NCBI GenBank assembly: GCA_038087875.1
Contig: CM075995.1
Coordinates: 4,838,001 to 4,902,000 of the forward strand
Length of the DNA stretch: 64,000 nucleotides
Source: Malacoraja senta
Taxonomy: Eukaryota
Direction: 5' to 3'
This document shows positions 45,940 through 60,064 of this stretch, piece after piece; positions within the stretch are counted from its first letter, which is position 1; each line of letters opens with the position of its first letter. Made by a program: the position numbers and the translations under genes. The notes under the pieces were generated by a model. That model had not been told where the DNA came from. It did no database searches and worked only from the letters and a program-made list of their open reading frames with translations.

Positions 45940-46264
45940 GCAGCACGGTGGCGCAGCGGTAGAGCTGCTGCCTTACGGCGCCAGAGACCTGGGTTCAATC
46001 CCGACTACGGGTGCTGGCTGTATGGAGTTTGTACCTTCTCCCCATGACCTACGTGGGTTTTCTCCGAGATCTTTGGTTTCCTCCCACACTCCAAAGACGT
46101 ACAGGTTTGTAGGATAATAGGCTTGGTGTAATTGTATAAATGTAAAATCGTCCCTAGTGTGTGTAGGATAGTGTTAATGTGCGGGGACATCTGTTCGGTG
46201 CAGACTCGGTGGGCCGACGGGCCTGTTTCTGAGCTGTATCTCCAAACTAAACTGAACTAAACTA
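45940..46264 (+). mobile_element. V-SINE
   Basis: Full head, core and (AAACT)n tail. Confidence 0.82.
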
Positions 46265-46439
46265 GAGCACCAGAAAGCATTTTATCCATACAAGGACTAA
46301 TAGCAATATGGAATATTTGAACCAAAAAGCCTATCGGGCATCAACAACGAACTTTAATGTTTTGAAGGGCAATGGGATTAAATTCAGCCGACTATTGATC
46401 ACCCATCACATTAGTTATGTGTTTTCACACGCTCACAAA

Positions 46440-46635
46440 CACTCCCTACATACTAGAGGCAATTTACCAAGGCCAATTGACCTACAAAACCCAAACATCT
46501 TTGGGGTGTGGGAGGAAACCGGAGCACCAGGAGGAAACCCACGCGGTTACAAGGCGAATGTGCAAACTCCACACGGACAGCGTCAAACTCGAGTTTATGG
46601 AGCTTTGAGGCAGCAGCTCCACCAGCTGCGCCACA
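46440..46635 (-). mobile_element. Diverged V-SINE
   Basis: Reverse-complement core GTGTGGGAGGAAACCGGAGCACC. Confidence 0.65.
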
Positions 46636-47544
46636 GCGAAGCCCTTAATATGGAGGAATATGTAGCAAAAGCAAGATTATCCAATCTAATTCTCTGACGA
46701 AACAGGTTGAAGACTCCGAATGGCTTACTCCCGTTTCTATTGATCACTATAGATTTTGAGACTGGAAAAATATCTACACCATCCCGACCTCCACCACAAA
46801 GTTTCAATCTGTGGTTGCACAATGGTTTACCTAGAAGTCTAGAGTTCAGTCACAAGGGCAATTTTACTTCTGGCAACAAAGGTTATCATTGTTGCAAGGT
46901 GATGGCGTTGCCAGAAAATGTTGTTTTTCCCCCTGACTATTTATTGCAGCGCTGCATCAAATCTGCTTAAAGTGAAGGAGTTGCGGAGGGATCTTTGGCA
47001 ACAGGGAAACACTGGCCGAGCCAACATTTCATGACACAGCACATACATCGTATGCCTATGTGTTGGGTTGTTTGATGGACACGGGCTGTGCTGATGTGGA
47101 CTGAAATCCGAAGCTTGTTACTTTAATAAACGACAGCAATTGAGCATCGATCCCAACTCCTACACCATGCTGCTGACATTCACTTCTACGGATTTACTCA
47201 AATTTCATTACTGTAACAGAACGTAGAACAGTTCAGCACAGGAACGGGCCATTCGGCCCACAATGTTTGTGTTGAACATGATGCTAAGTTAAACGGATCA
47301 AATCTGCTTGTACACGATCTATATTCATCTATTCCCTGCACTTCCATCAGCCTATCCGAAAGCCTATTGAATGCCAATCTCGTATCTGCCACCACCACCA
47401 CCCATGGCAGTGTGTTCCAGGCCCCCACCAATCCCTGCATAAAAAAACTCGCCCCGCACATTTCCATTAAACTTTCTCCCTCTCACCGTATAGCTATGCC
47501 TTGTAGGGTTTCTACTGTGATGAGCTGGGTCCTTCTTGTCAAGG

Positions 47545-47755
47545 GCGGGTTGGTGGCGCAGCAGTAGAGTTGCTGCCTTACAGTGCTTGCAGCGCCAGAG
47601 AACCGGGTTCGATCCCAACAATGGCTTGGTATAATGGTAAATTGTCCCGAGTGTGTGTAGGATAGTGTTAATGTGCTGGGATCACTGGTCGGCGCGGACT
47701 CGGTGGGCCGAAGGGCCTGTTTCCGCACTGTATCTCTAAACTAAACTAAACTAAC
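47545..47755 (+). mobile_element. Internally deleted V-SINE inside a CR1-type 3' region (47218-47485, minus)
   Basis: Head joined directly to the 3' part; (AAACT)n tail. Confidence 0.7.
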
Positions 47756-48287
47756 TTTTGTCTGTATATGAAATTCTTCTTTTGTGTAAATTAGCTTATA
47801 TATTTCTTGAGCTATGTTTACAAAGCGTTTCTGTCATTATAAAGTTATTCCGTACACGGGCAAGTTAAAAATCACACCAAATGAATGCAGACTTGCTTGC
47901 TCTTTTCTCCTTATTCGACTGAAAAGCAACACTTTTTTTTTAAGCAAGTAGGAATAAATAGCTATTCCCTCAAATTACACGGATCTTTTTGTCAGATATA
48001 CAAACTTCAGAGAGAAAGTGAGAAGTAGGAGCAAGCTCCCCTTACCATTCCCATACTGACCTTATCACTTATGAACCTATGACAAGTTGGACGGAAGGGC
48101 CAGTTACTGTGCGGTATGACTCTATGACTTTACATGCCCTGTGACACTGCGGTAGTGCTACTTTCTTACAGCTCTGCTAATTTGATCCCAACTTCCAGTG
48201 TTGTTCTTGTGCGATTACATGTGGGTTGGTCTACTCCCATGTTCCTAAGATGGGCTGGTATGTTAACTGTCAACTGTGAATTCATGT

Positions 48288-48700
48288 TCATAAGTGATAG
48301 GAGCAGAATTAGGCCATTCGGCCTATCAAGTCTACTCTGCCATTCAATCATGGCTGCTCTATCTCTCCCTCCTAACCCCATTCTCCTGCCTTCTCCCCAT
48401 AACCCCTGACACCCGTACTAAAGAATCTATCTCTGCCTTAAAAATATCCACTGACTTGGCATCCACAGCCTTCTGTCGGAATGAATTCCACAGATTCACC
48501 ACCCTCTGACTGAAGAAATGCTTCCTCGTCTCCTTCCTAAAGGGACATCCTTTAATTGTGAGGCTCTGACATCTGGTTCTAGACCCTCCCACAAGTGGAA
48601 ACATCCTTTCCATATCCACTCTATCCAGGCCTCTCACTATTCAGTAAGTTTCAATGAGGACCCTGCTCATCCTGCTAAAGTCCAGTAGAGGCCCAGCATC
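48288..48700 (-). mobile_element. CR1-type 3' fragment
   Basis: RGLDRVDMERMFPLVG...FSQRVVNLWNS. Confidence 0.8.
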
Positions 48701-49559
48701 TGCAATTATTCCTGTTGTAGGTAAGTTACAAAAAAAAGAATGAAAAGGAGTTACTTGACATGTGAGAGAGAATAAATGCTGGGGGTACAGGGAAGCATGG
48801 AGAAAAGGAGTGAGATTAATATGATTACTCTGCTGGGAGCTGTTATGGACTCGATGGAGCAAATGGCCTCCTGTGTTATAAATAGGTCAAGTTGCTCACA
48901 AAATGCTGGAGGACTCAGCTGGTCAGGCAGCGTCTGTGGAAGGAAATGGACAAGTAATGCGTTGGCTCGGGGACCTCCTCCAGATTCCAGTCTGCAGCAT
49001 CTACTGTTCCTTGTGTCTCTAAGTTACTATCTAATATCTGGTGTAGAATGAGAAGAAATGTCTGCCAATTAAATAATGGGAATGCCAATGTTGTTATTCT
49101 TAGTCCAAGTTACAAAGTGGACACAGACTCTCTAGGAATTGTGGAACTGTTGGAACTGAACCAGAATATTTGGATTTTTTGTTTTGTGTTTGCACTCTTG
49201 TCGACTCTTGGACTTCATACCTGTGCCGTCAGGAGGACCATGAAACGATGCTTAATTCCCACCTTCTGCCTGGCTTATCTTCCGCTGAAATAGCTTTGAG
49301 CCTGGATCCTAAGACTCCAAAGAGCTTCTTGCCTGTTCTCTTTGAACACTCTTCATAAACCCTACGCACTGCAGACACCCTAATGCCCTTGTGTGTTTGA
49401 GCATAGAACATGGAGCAGTACAGCCCAGGGACAGGCCCTTCGGCCCACAATGTCCGTGCCGAACATGATGACAAGAATTTGCTAACCCATGCTGATCCAT
49501 TGTTAAAATGCTCATGCCTAGTGTTCTGATCCAACCAGATGCTCGCATCTTGTTGTATC

Positions 49560-49835
49560 TGAGTGGGTCGTCGACGGCCAAACCGGGGTCGGCTGCCTGC
49601 CCCCATTCCGGGCCTACGTCCATGCCCGGATGTTCCTGGAGAGGGAACACGCGGTGTCCATGGGGACTTAGGAGGCCTTCCGTGAACGCTGGTCGCCGAG
49701 GGAGGACGAGTGTATTACTGAGGATGACGTTATTTTAAAATTGATGACTGTTGTTTTGTAAACTGCCACAAAGGCAGTTTTGATCGTTTTATCCTTTTGA
49801 ATAAAAGTATTTGTATAATTTTTTAATTTTTTAAA
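49560..49835 (+). mobile_element. Tx1-like ORF2 C-terminus and 3'UTR fragment
   Basis: FRAYVHARMFLEREHAVSMGT*EAFRERWSP followed by AATAAA. Confidence 0.6.
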
Positions 49836-50356
49836 ATCTTGTTGCATCTGTAATCACCTCCAGTCCTATTGTCCTCCAATATTTGCAGTCCCCTATATCT
49901 AGCTTCATTACAACATAGAACAGTACAGCACACGAGCGGGCCCTTCAGCCCACAATTTTATTCCAGGAACCACAAAATCAAGTACGGTTGTCTCGATCAT
50001 CATCACTTTTTTGGGGTGAACTGGGGCTGGGGACTGGACATTGTGCCTTCCCCCACAATGGAAATCATTGTGGGGGGATGATTTTTGTATGTAATTGTTT
50101 GTAATTGTATTTGTTAGTCTGTGTTCAAGATGGCGGTCGGAGGGGAGAGTGGACGCTGGCGTTAAATTGCCGCTGCTCTCTCCTCAAATTGTGCTTCTGA
50201 TTTTCTTTTTTTTGTGTTTTTGGAAGGAATTCTGTCCCTGATTTATGTATTGGTCTTTATAATCCTATTTTTTTTTAAATTCTGATTATATGTTTTCTAT
50301 AAATCTCTGTATGGTGTCCTTGAGACCTCGGTATAAGGCGCCCGTAAATAAAATCC

Positions 50357-50382
50357 ATTATTATTATTATTATCATCATCGA

Positions 50383-50413
<31 letters not shown>
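50357..50413. repeat. (ATT)n(CAT)n microsatellite
   Basis: Directly visible. Confidence 0.9.
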
Positions 50414-50632
50414 GTTGTAAACATCAACGGGTACAATGCTATGTACGACAGTGATCGCAACTTCTACTGAAGTGTGGATGGCCGTTGGCTCGCTAGGAGC
50501 TCATCCGCCCTTTGACAGGTCTTGTTTTTGGTCCTGCTGGGGGTCCACAGCCCCCTCCTCACCTGGCAAACCAGGTGGGGAAGACGGTTTAGTCGCTAAC
50601 TATCCGACCATGGAGCAGGTAGCACGGGATTA

Positions 50633-50961
50633 CATGTTCTGGGAGTCCAGAACCAGGGGCCACAGTTTAAGAATAAAGGGTAGGCCATTTGGAACGGAGA
50701 TGAGGAAAAACCTTTTCACCCAGAGAGTTGTGAATCTGTGGAATTCTCTGCCTCAGAAGGCAGTGGAGGCCAACTCTCTGGATATTTTCAAGAGAGAGTT
50801 AGATAGAACTCTTAAAGATAGCAGAGTCAAGGGATATGGGTAGAAGGCAGGAACGAGGTACTGATTATGGATGATCAGCCATGATCACAGTGAATGGCGA
50901 TGCTGGCTCGAAGGGCTGAATAGCCCACTCCTGCTCCTATTGTTTATTGTTTATTGTCTAT
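50633..50961 (+). mobile_element. CR1-type 3' fragment
   Basis: ESRTRGHSLRIKGRPF...FTQRVVNLWNSLPQKAVEA; tail repeats. Confidence 0.82.
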
Positions 50962-51706
50962 GGTCACATGTACACCGAGGTACAGTGAAAAGTTTTTGTT
51001 GTCAACTTTGTACTCAATCTGGGATTCTACTTCATTATGTACGGTAATAATTTACTGAACTGTAAGCAAAAAACTTTTCACTGCACCTTCGTACAGGTGC
51101 GAATAAAGAACCATTGAACCCTTCGATCTGCCACTGTGACCAACATTTTAATCATTCGCTCCACTATCACCACATCAATTTCTTGTTCGAGAACCCTCCA
51201 GCAAATGCTAAAGTGAGTGTCGTTTGCAAGGCTTACTTGCATCTATTCCATGAACCCAAAAAAAATCAAGTACAGTTGCCTCAAGGCCTATTCAATCCGT
51301 CATGGTATGTGGCAGGAATTGGTGGAGGTGGGGATGTGTGGAAACGCCAATCTGCCATTGGCATCCATCAGTCATGCCCAATCAAATCTCAATGGTTGCT
51401 GCTCCCAAAGAGGGATGCATTTAAATATCTGGCACCCAAGTGAAGGCGACTTATGATGTTGTCTTATCCGGATATTAAAGGGCCTGTGGAAACTGGTTAG
51501 TTTAATTAGTTAGGTTGATTTCACAATTTAGAGACCGTCATTGTCAGCCGAGGAGTTGAGTTGGAGCTGTTATTGAGCATGTGCAGAATTTAATATGCTA
51601 TACTTTGAAAACATACGGAAAATGCTGTCTTTCTCTCCAGTAACAAAAGACAGAACAATAAATGTATTTAACAAGTGCTGTCAATTTTTGGGAGGGGAAA
51701 TAGATA

Positions 51707-52012
51707 GGGCGGCACAGTGGCGCAGTGGTAGAGTTGCTGCCTTACAGCGTTAGAGACCCAGGTTTGATCCTGACTACGGGTGCTTGACTGCAAGGAGACT
51801 GCAAACTGACCTGCGTCAGTTTTCTCCGAGATCTTCAGTTTCCTCCCACACTCCAAAGTCGTACAGGTCTGTAGGTTAATTGGCTTGGTGTAAATGTAAA
51901 TTGTCCCTAGTATGTGTAGTATAGTGTTAATGTGCGGGGATCGCTGGTCGGTGCGGACTCGGTGGGCCAAATGGCGTGTTTCCGCGCTGTATCTCTAAAC
52001 TAAACTAAACTG
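51707..52012 (+). mobile_element. V-SINE
   Basis: Head, core and (AAACT)n tail. Confidence 0.8.
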
Positions 52013-52690
52013 AATGAAATGAAGGACGCGTCCTGTTACAGTCTGGGTGGCTTGTGGCCTCTTTGGTTTTTCTATCAATGATATGGCCAGTCATCTCTAC
52101 AGTGGCCGGGGTGTGGTGTTTTCTGCTCTTCACACAATGTGCAGGTTGCTAGTAAGGCATGTGTTTATGAAGAGAAAAGGAACTGCAGATGCTGGTTTAC
52201 AAAAAGTTACACAAAAATGCTGGAGTAACTCAGCAGGTCGGGCAGCATTTGTGGAGAATATGGATAGGTGACATTTCGGGTCGGAACCCTTCTTCAGCTG
52301 ATTGTGGTGGGGATTGGGAGGGAAAATACTTAAAGTTTAGTTGAGTTTATTGTCACGTTTACGAGGTGCAGTGAAAAGCTTTTTTTGTTGTGTGCAATCC
52401 AGTCAGCTGAATAGTAGACATTATTACAATCAAGCTGTCCACAGTGTACAGATACAGGATCAAGGGAATAACATTTAGTGCAAGATAAAGTCCAGTAAAG
52501 TCCGATTAAAGATAGTTTGAGGGTTTCCAATGAGGTAGATGGTAGGTCAGAACTGTACTCTAGTTGGTGATAAATAGATAATTCAGTTGCCTGATAGCAG
52601 CTGGGAAGAAATTGTCCTTGAATCTGGAGGTAGACAAAAGTGCTGGAGAAACTCAGCGGGTGCGGCAGCATCTATGGAGCAAAGGAAATA

Positions 52691-52725
52691 GGCAACGTTT
52701 CGGGCCGAAACCCTTCTTCAGACTG
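52691..52725 (-). ncRNA. Minimal hammerhead ribozyme-like motif (Penelope-like end)
   Basis: Minus strand CAGT-CTGAAGA-AGGGTTTCGGCCC-GAAACGTT-GCC. Confidence 0.45.
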
Positions 52726-53170
52726 AGTGAATCTGGAGGTATGTGTTTTCACTCTTCTGCACCTCTTGCGAGTGTCCTGGGCGAGACTCGTCCTTGATCA
52801 CGCTGCTGGCCTTGATGAGTCAGGGTGAAGTGTAAACAGAGTCGATAGAAGAGAGGTTGGTTTATGTGATGGTTTTGGCTGCATCTACGATTTTCAGCAA
52901 ATTCTTGCAGTCTTGGATGGAGCTGTTCCCAAATCATGATGCATCCTGATAAAAGGCTTTCAACGGCGCATCTGTGGAAGTTGGGGAGAGTTGTTAGGGA
53001 CATGTCGAACTTCCTAAGCCATCTAAGAAAGTAGAGACGTTGGTGTGCTATCTTGGTCATTGCTTTGATATGGGTGGTCCGGGACAAGTTCCTGCTGATA
53101 TTTACTCTTAGGAACATGATGTTTTCAACCATCTTTACTTTGGCGAAGTCAATGTATTTCGCTTTGGTAA

Positions 53171-54045
53171 ACATAGAAACATAGAAAATAGGTGCAGGAG
53201 GAGGCCATTCGGCCCTTCGAGCCAGCACTTGTCCAGTCCTTTTATAATTTTATATGTTTCTATAAGATCCCCCCTCATCCTAAACACCAGTGAATACAAG
53301 CCTCGTCTTTTCAATCTTTCCTCATATGACAGAACCACCATCCCAGGGATCAATCTCGTGAACCTACGCTGCACTGCCTCAATCACAAGGATGTCCTTCC
53401 TCAAATTAGGAGACAAAAACTGTGCACAATACTCCAGATGTGGTCTTACCAGAGCCCTATACAACTGCAGAAGAACCTCTTTACTCCTACACTGGAATCC
53501 TCTTGTTATGAAGACCAACATTCCATTAGCTTTTTTCACTGCCTGTTGTACCTGCACACCAACTTTCAGTGACTTGTGTACAAGGACACCCAGGTCTTTC
53601 TGTCCCTTACCTAACCTAACCCCATTGAGATAATAATCTGCCCCCTTGTTTTTGCTGCCAAAATGGATAACCTCACATTTATCTATATTATACTGCATCT
53701 GCCACGCATCTGCTCACTCACTCAACCTGTCCAGGTCACCCTGCAACCTCCTAACATCCTCTTCACATTTCACACTGCCACCCAGCTTTGTGTCATCTGC
53801 AAACTTGCTAGTGTTGCTCCTAATTCCCTCTTCCAAATCATTAATATATATGGTAAACAGTTGCGGCCCCAACACCGAACCTTGCGGCACTCCACTCGCC
53901 ACTGCCTGCCATTCTGAAAAGGACCAGTTCACTCCTACTCTTTGCTTCCTGTCTGCCAACCATTTTTCTATCTACGTCAACACCCTACCCCCAATACCTC
54001 TAATTTTAGTCACCAGTCTCCTGTGCGGGACCTTATCAAAGTCTT
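53171..54045 (-). mobile_element. CR1-type LINE fragment
   Basis: [36 protein letters not shown]. Confidence 0.88.
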
Positions 54046-54908
54046 TCTGATCTGTGTACCGCTTCACTTCCTGAAGTCGATCATTATCTCCTTTATCTTG
54101 CTGACATTCAGAGAACGATTGTTGTCGAGGGTCCCAATCTCCTTCCTGTTCTCCGTCTTGTAATTATTTGATATTTGGCCCACTACAGTGGTATCGTCTG
54201 CGAACTTGTAAATTGAGTGGGATTTGTACCTATTTGTACGGACCTGGGTGAATAAGGGAGCTGAGAATGTATCCTTGCAAAGCACCAGTGTGGAGGATTA
54301 TTGTAGAGGATATATTTGTCTCGTATCCTCACTGATTGGGGTCTGTTGGTCGGGAAGTTGAGGATCCAGTTGCAGAGATGAGTGCTGACCCCAAGTTCCA
54401 TGAGTTTGGAGATGAGATTGGATGGGATAATAGTGTGAAATGCAGAGGTGTACTCTATGAATAGAAGTCTGACGTAGATGTCTCTCTTAGGTGTCCAGGG
54501 ATGAGAGTAGGGCCAGGGATGTGGCATCAGTGGTGGACCTGTTGTCAAAAGACAATAGACCATAGGTGCAGGAGTAGGCCATACGGCCCTTCAAGCCAGC
54601 ACCGCCATTCAATGTGATCATGGCTGATCATCCCCAATCAGTACCCCGTTCCTGCCTTCTCCCCATATCCCCTGACTCTGCTATCTTCAAGAGCCCTATC
54701 TAGCTCTCTCTTGAAAGTTTCCAGAGAACCGGCCTCCACCGCCCTCTGAGGCAGAGAATTCCACAGACTCACTACTCTCTGTGTGAAAAAGTGTTTCCTC
54801 ATCTCCGTTGTAAATGGCTTACCCCTTATTCTTAAACTGTGGCCCCTGGTTCTGGACTCCCCCAACATCGGGAACATATTTCCTGCCTCTAGCGTGTCCA
54901 AACACTTA

Positions 54909-55753
54909 AAGGCCTGTCCCACTTGGCCATCATTTACGCGACAGGCCGGTAGTGACTGTCGCGCGACGGTCGCCCCCGTCATCATGCGCCTTCAAATATT
55001 TTATCTGCTCTGCAAGTAGAATTAGCGTATTGACATCATTTGTTAAGTGAAACATTGATAAAATTATTGTTTGCTGGAAAAATGCATTTACTTTTAAACT
55101 TTCTGAAATACTCCCAACAAACACAAAGTTGTATTCCATTGTAGCAGTTTGAGGGTTTTAATCCCAGTTTAAGAATTAGTTTGCAATTTTTTTTTTTAAT
55201 GGTGTTAGTAAAATTGTTGGTGGTTATTTAACAAAAAAGACTAATTTGGTTACTAGTGTTCTTTTAGGATATAAAATCTGCAATCCTTACCTGGATGTTA
55301 ACTTTTGAAACATCCTTAACTAAGGATGTTTCAAAAATACTTATTACGGTGTTACTCTGAAGGCATTACGCTGAAAGCATTGATGCTTACGGTGTAATTA
55401 TTTTCTCATTGTGGCCGACTGCGTACGGGCGGCGCCCGGCGGCGCATGGTTTACACACAGTGACGTAATCATGCGTCACCACACACCACACGTACGAGGG
55501 CAGGACGTCAGCGTGCGACCGCAGTACGTCCGCGTGCGTAAGCGATATCCAACGTCGGTGGCGCGCGAAGATTTTGTGCAGCACAAAATCCTGGAGCACC
55601 GCGCGGTACCGCGCGCAACTCCATACTCCTCCACGCCTCTCCATGCACCCATCCCGCGCTACCCACACGCTACCCGTGCGTCAAAACGCGACGACCAAAT
55701 TTTTGGAGGTCGTGGAAATAGCGCGCAAATGACGGCCAAATGGGACAGGCCCT
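54909..55753. mobile_element. PIF/Harbinger-type MITE (845 bp) inserted in a CR1 3' fragment
   Basis: About 32-bp TIRs AAGGCCTGTCCCACTTGGCCATCATTTACGCG / CGCGCAAATGACGGCCAAATGGGACAGGCCCT; TTA on both sides (54906-08, 55754-56). Confidence 0.8.
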
Positions 55754-56859
55754 TTATATGTTTCAATAAGATACCCTCTCATCCTTCTAAATTCCAGAGT
55801 ATACAAGCCCAGCCGCTCCATTCTATCAACATATGACAGTCCCGCCACCCCAGGAATTAACGTGTTGTGGCGGTAGGTGAACTGCAGTGGGTCAAGCTTC
55901 CTCGGTAGACTGGATTTAATGCTTTCCATAACTAGCCTCTCAAAGCACTTTGTGATGGTGGATGTCAAGGCCACTGGACGTTAGTTATTAAGTGGGAGCA
56001 GGCCAAAGCCTGGCAAGTGTGTGCTTATTACCAATCCTGAAATGCTCTTGAGAAGATGGTGCTGAGCTGGCAGCACTTTGCACTTGTGGAGCAAAGAGCT
56101 CCTACAGGGCTGTTTTTGGATGTAATTTGCAAGATTTTGATGCAGTATTGTTGATATACACCATGCTCGTACAGAACATGCCTTGCAGTTTGTTCCTGTG
56201 CACCTCCTTCCCGTACTGTTTTACGTGGCAGTGTTGTTGTGTTTTGGAACCTGCTGCTGAGAATGTTTTGGCAAATTGTTGCACACTGTCTTGCAAATCT
56301 TACGCACCGTAGCCACGCTGCATGGCTGGTGCAAGGTTTCAACTTGTAAGGTGGTGATGGATTTCACATGGAATAAGCGACTTTGTCCTGGATGGTCTTT
56401 AGTTCTTGAGTATTAACAAAGCTCCATTTATCCAGGAGAATGAAGAGCATTTCATTGGGTCTCTAACCTGTACCTTGATAAGCGTCATAGAGTCATAGGG
56501 TGATACAGCGTGGAAGCAGGCCATTCGGCCCAACTTGCCCACACCGGCTAGCATGTTCCAGCTACACTGATCCCACCTGCCCGCATTTGACCCACATCCC
56601 TGCTTACCTCCAATCCCTCCAAGAGTTTGAGAAGTTAGAAGCTGCAGAGTACCCCCTGGTCTTTACTCGGCATTTTTAGTCACAGTGTTGAAGTGGCAAG
56701 TCCTGTTAGGTTTAGAGTCAAATGTTAACCCCTTGTATGATGACAGTGAGGGATTTAATCATGGCAATGCCGTTGAAAGTCAAGGAGTTGTGGTTATCTT
56801 CTCGTTGGGATTGATCACTGCATAGTACAGGTGGTGCAAATGTAACATCCCACATACTA

Positions 56860-57118
56860 GCCCATTGAGTCCAGGCCGGCCATCGATCATACCAGTTCTG
56901 TGTTATCCCCCTTTCCCACACACTCACTACACACTTGAGGTAATTTACCGAGGCCAAATCCGCAAGCCCTTGAGATGTGGGTGTAAGCCGTAACACCCGT
57001 AGGAAACCCACGCTGTCAGAGTGAGAATGTGCAAACTCCACACAGACAGCACCCGAGGTCAGGATCGAACCTGGGCCACTGGTGCTGTGAGGCAGCAGCT
57101 CTACCAACTGTGCCACCC
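56860..57118 (-). mobile_element. Diverged V-SINE
   Basis: Reverse-complement head and core. Confidence 0.65.
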
Positions 57119-58004
57119 TGTGTCGTGTTTGATCATTGAGATAGAACTTAAGGAATAATTTGTGGAGAAACCTTGGGGGGAAAAGGCCTTTTCAATACCG
57201 AGAATTGGCATCAAACACATACATTGTACCATATAGGGCATTTTATCTTAATCTTCTGAGACCATTTCTGATTGCTTCGGGGAACGCTCTCCCTTATCCC
57301 ACTTCTACACAAAGCGAACAGCTTCCTTGTATTATACTCTTTGTATATTACGTGGCCAGAACAGGAACCTGGTTGTGTTTTTTTTAAAGTTTCGGAATAT
57401 GCTTAAAATAACCAAGTTAAGTTGATCATAATCTTGCATCTTTTGTGCAGACGTGAATGCACACCCAAAGGCATAAATACGAGGTTAATTCTCCCTTCTC
57501 TCCGTAGCTGCTGGCTCGTGCGGCGGTGTAGTTTTCCACTGCCTCTAACAACACTCTGGTGGTTTGATCAAATGCCGATCCCTCATGGGAGCCCCGGACA
57601 GTATCAGTCATGGATCATTTATCCGCACGGAAATTGCAGTGGTTGCATGTGCACATAAGTGTGTGATCTTGAAACAATGTTATCGCCACTGTTTACCCAG
57701 ATGGGATGTAAGCTGATTTATAACATTAATTGCTCCCTGTTGTTGGTGTGAGGACTTATTTGACCTCCATTCCAGATGGCTTGCTCTTCACGCCGAAGGA
57801 AATAACCACCGTTGCTATTTTGTGAAGGTGTGAAAGCACATGGGAGAAGGGTTATATAAGGGTGGCACTTGTTTATCACGGTAGGTTAATGTTTAAGTGC
57901 GATAAAGCAGGCAAATTAAATGCACATAGATCATCCGTGCTGTCGGCTGCTCCACCACAAATATTAGATACACAGCCCAACAAAAAAGTGAAAGTACCTT
58001 AATG

Positions 58005-58428
58005 TATTCAAGAGAGAGTTAGATGTATTCAATAGAGAGTTAGGCTCTTGGGGCTAACAGAATCAAGGGATATGGGGAGAAAGCAGGAACGGGGTACTGA
58101 TTTTGGATGATCAGCCATGAGCATATTGAATGACTCGAATGGGCCGAATGGCCTACTCCTGCACCTATTTTCTATGTTTCGAAAATGGAGATGAGTAGGA
58201 ATTTCTTCAGCCAGAGGGTGGTGAATCTGTGGAATGCGTTGCCACGGACGGCTGTGGAGGCCAAGACATTGAGTATTTTTAAGGCGGTGATTGATTATGA
58301 GAAGGTGTCGAAGGTTATGGGGAGAAGGCAGAAGCATGGAGTTGAGAGGGAATATTAGATCAGCTATGATTGAACGGAGGTGTAGATTCAATCTGCTGAA
58401 TGGCCTAATTCTGCTTCTATGTCTTATG
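58005..58428 (+). mobile_element. Two CR1-type 3' fragments
   Basis: Shared CR1 3'UTRs and tails. Confidence 0.7.
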
Positions 58429-59744
58429 TTGTAAATGTTGGAACTGACACGAATTCGCCAGTAACACATGGCCAAAAAACCTCACCAGCAGTGCCCAAAA
58501 TAACAATAACTCCCATCTAAAAGGAGTGAGGTACAACAACATCTCTTCACCCCTGGACTCCTCTCCCACCTCGTGCAACACACTGACATGGAGACCCTCG
58601 GACTATCATTGATCTGACTTTACTGGACTTTATCGTGCACTAAACGTTATTCATGTTATTCCCTTTATCACGTCTCTGTACACCGTGAATGGCTGAATTG
58701 TCTTTCCGCCGACTGGTTAGCACGCAACAAAAAGCTTTTCCCTGTACCTCGGTACACGTGACAATAAAACTAAACTCAACTCAAGAGTCAAAAGTAGAAA
58801 CAAGGACACAAAAGGATACAAAACATATGAAATAGGTGCAGGAGAAGGCCATTCAGCCCTTCGAGCCAGCACCGCCATTCAATATGGTCACGGCTGATCA
58901 TCCAGTATCAGTACCCTGTTCCTGCTTTCTCCACATATCTCTTGATTCTGTTGGCTCTAAGAGCCGTAGTAACTCAGCGGATCAGGAAGTATCCCTGGAG
59001 AACATGGATAGGTGACGTTTTTGATCGGGATCCTTTCCGAGTCTTATGTACCAAAACAGAACAATGAAATTCTCACTTGCAGCAGCATAACAGGCCTGTA
59101 AGCACCGTACTTATAGGCATAATAACAAAAAAACACAAAAATCAATGAATAAAAATAGTATTCACAGCAAAGCAAAGCCTGAAATCCCTAGTGCAAACAA
59201 GACAGTTCGTAGTTGGAAGTTTAGTTGGTGCTTTCTTTGCTGTGTCAATTATTGCTGTTCCTTCCGCATGGCTGGGCAAGAATCCCTGCCCAGCGGTGTT
59301 ATAGAGGCACTGTTGCCACATGGTCTGCTGCATATGAAGGAGAATGTTTGCAAAGATGGCTGTGGATAAGCTGGCTTAGCTCGCTACCTGTGGAACCTAA
59401 AATGAACAAAGTAAGAAAGGTCTGGAGAAGGGTCTCGGCCCTAAACCTTACCCATTCCTTCTCTCCAGAGATGCTGCCTGTCCCGCTGAGTTCCTCCAGC
59501 ATTTTGTGTCTATCTTCGGTTTAAAACAGCATCTGCAGTTCCTTACCACACAAAGTGAGAAAGATATTTGGAAACAAGGAACTACAGGTGCTGATTTTCA
59601 CAAAAGGACCCGCTGAGTTACTGCAGCACTTTGCGGCCTTTAAAAAAGATATTTGATTGTTGGGAAACAGAAAATCTATGCTTTGTCCAGACTTGTACTG
59701 AGAAGCAGAGAACTGAAACTGCCTGAATGTTATCTGTGTTTTAG

Positions 59745-60064
59745 TTGAGTTTTTTTTTTAGTTTTAGAGATACAGCTCAGAAACAGGCCCTTCGACTCAC
59801 TGAGTCCGCACCGAACAGCGATCCCCGCACACATTAACACTATCCTAGGGACAATTTACACTATACCAAGCCAATTAGCCTACAAACCTGTACGCCTTTG
59901 GAGTGTGGGATGAAACCGATAATCGCAGGAGAAAACCCATGCAGGTCACGGGGAGAATGTACAAACTCCGTTCAGACAGGACCCCTTAGTCGGGATCGAA
60001 CCCGGGACTCCAGCGCTGCATGTGCTGTAAGGCAGCGACTCTACTGCTGCGCCACCGTGGCTGC
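59745..60064 (-). mobile_element. V-SINE (duplicated-head variant)
   Basis: Reverse-complement full-length copy. Confidence 0.8.

Larger units (their letters stand above)
52333..55990 (-). mobile_element. Rex1/Babar-type LINE remnant interrupted by a Penelope-like end, two CR1 fragments (53171-54045, 54551-55860) and a MITE
   Basis: Pieces [15 protein letters not shown]...[11 protein letters not shown] (55860-55980), [34 protein letters not shown] (54050-54545), QRLYFLRWLRKF (about 53000-53100); 3' end at 52333. Confidence 0.7.
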
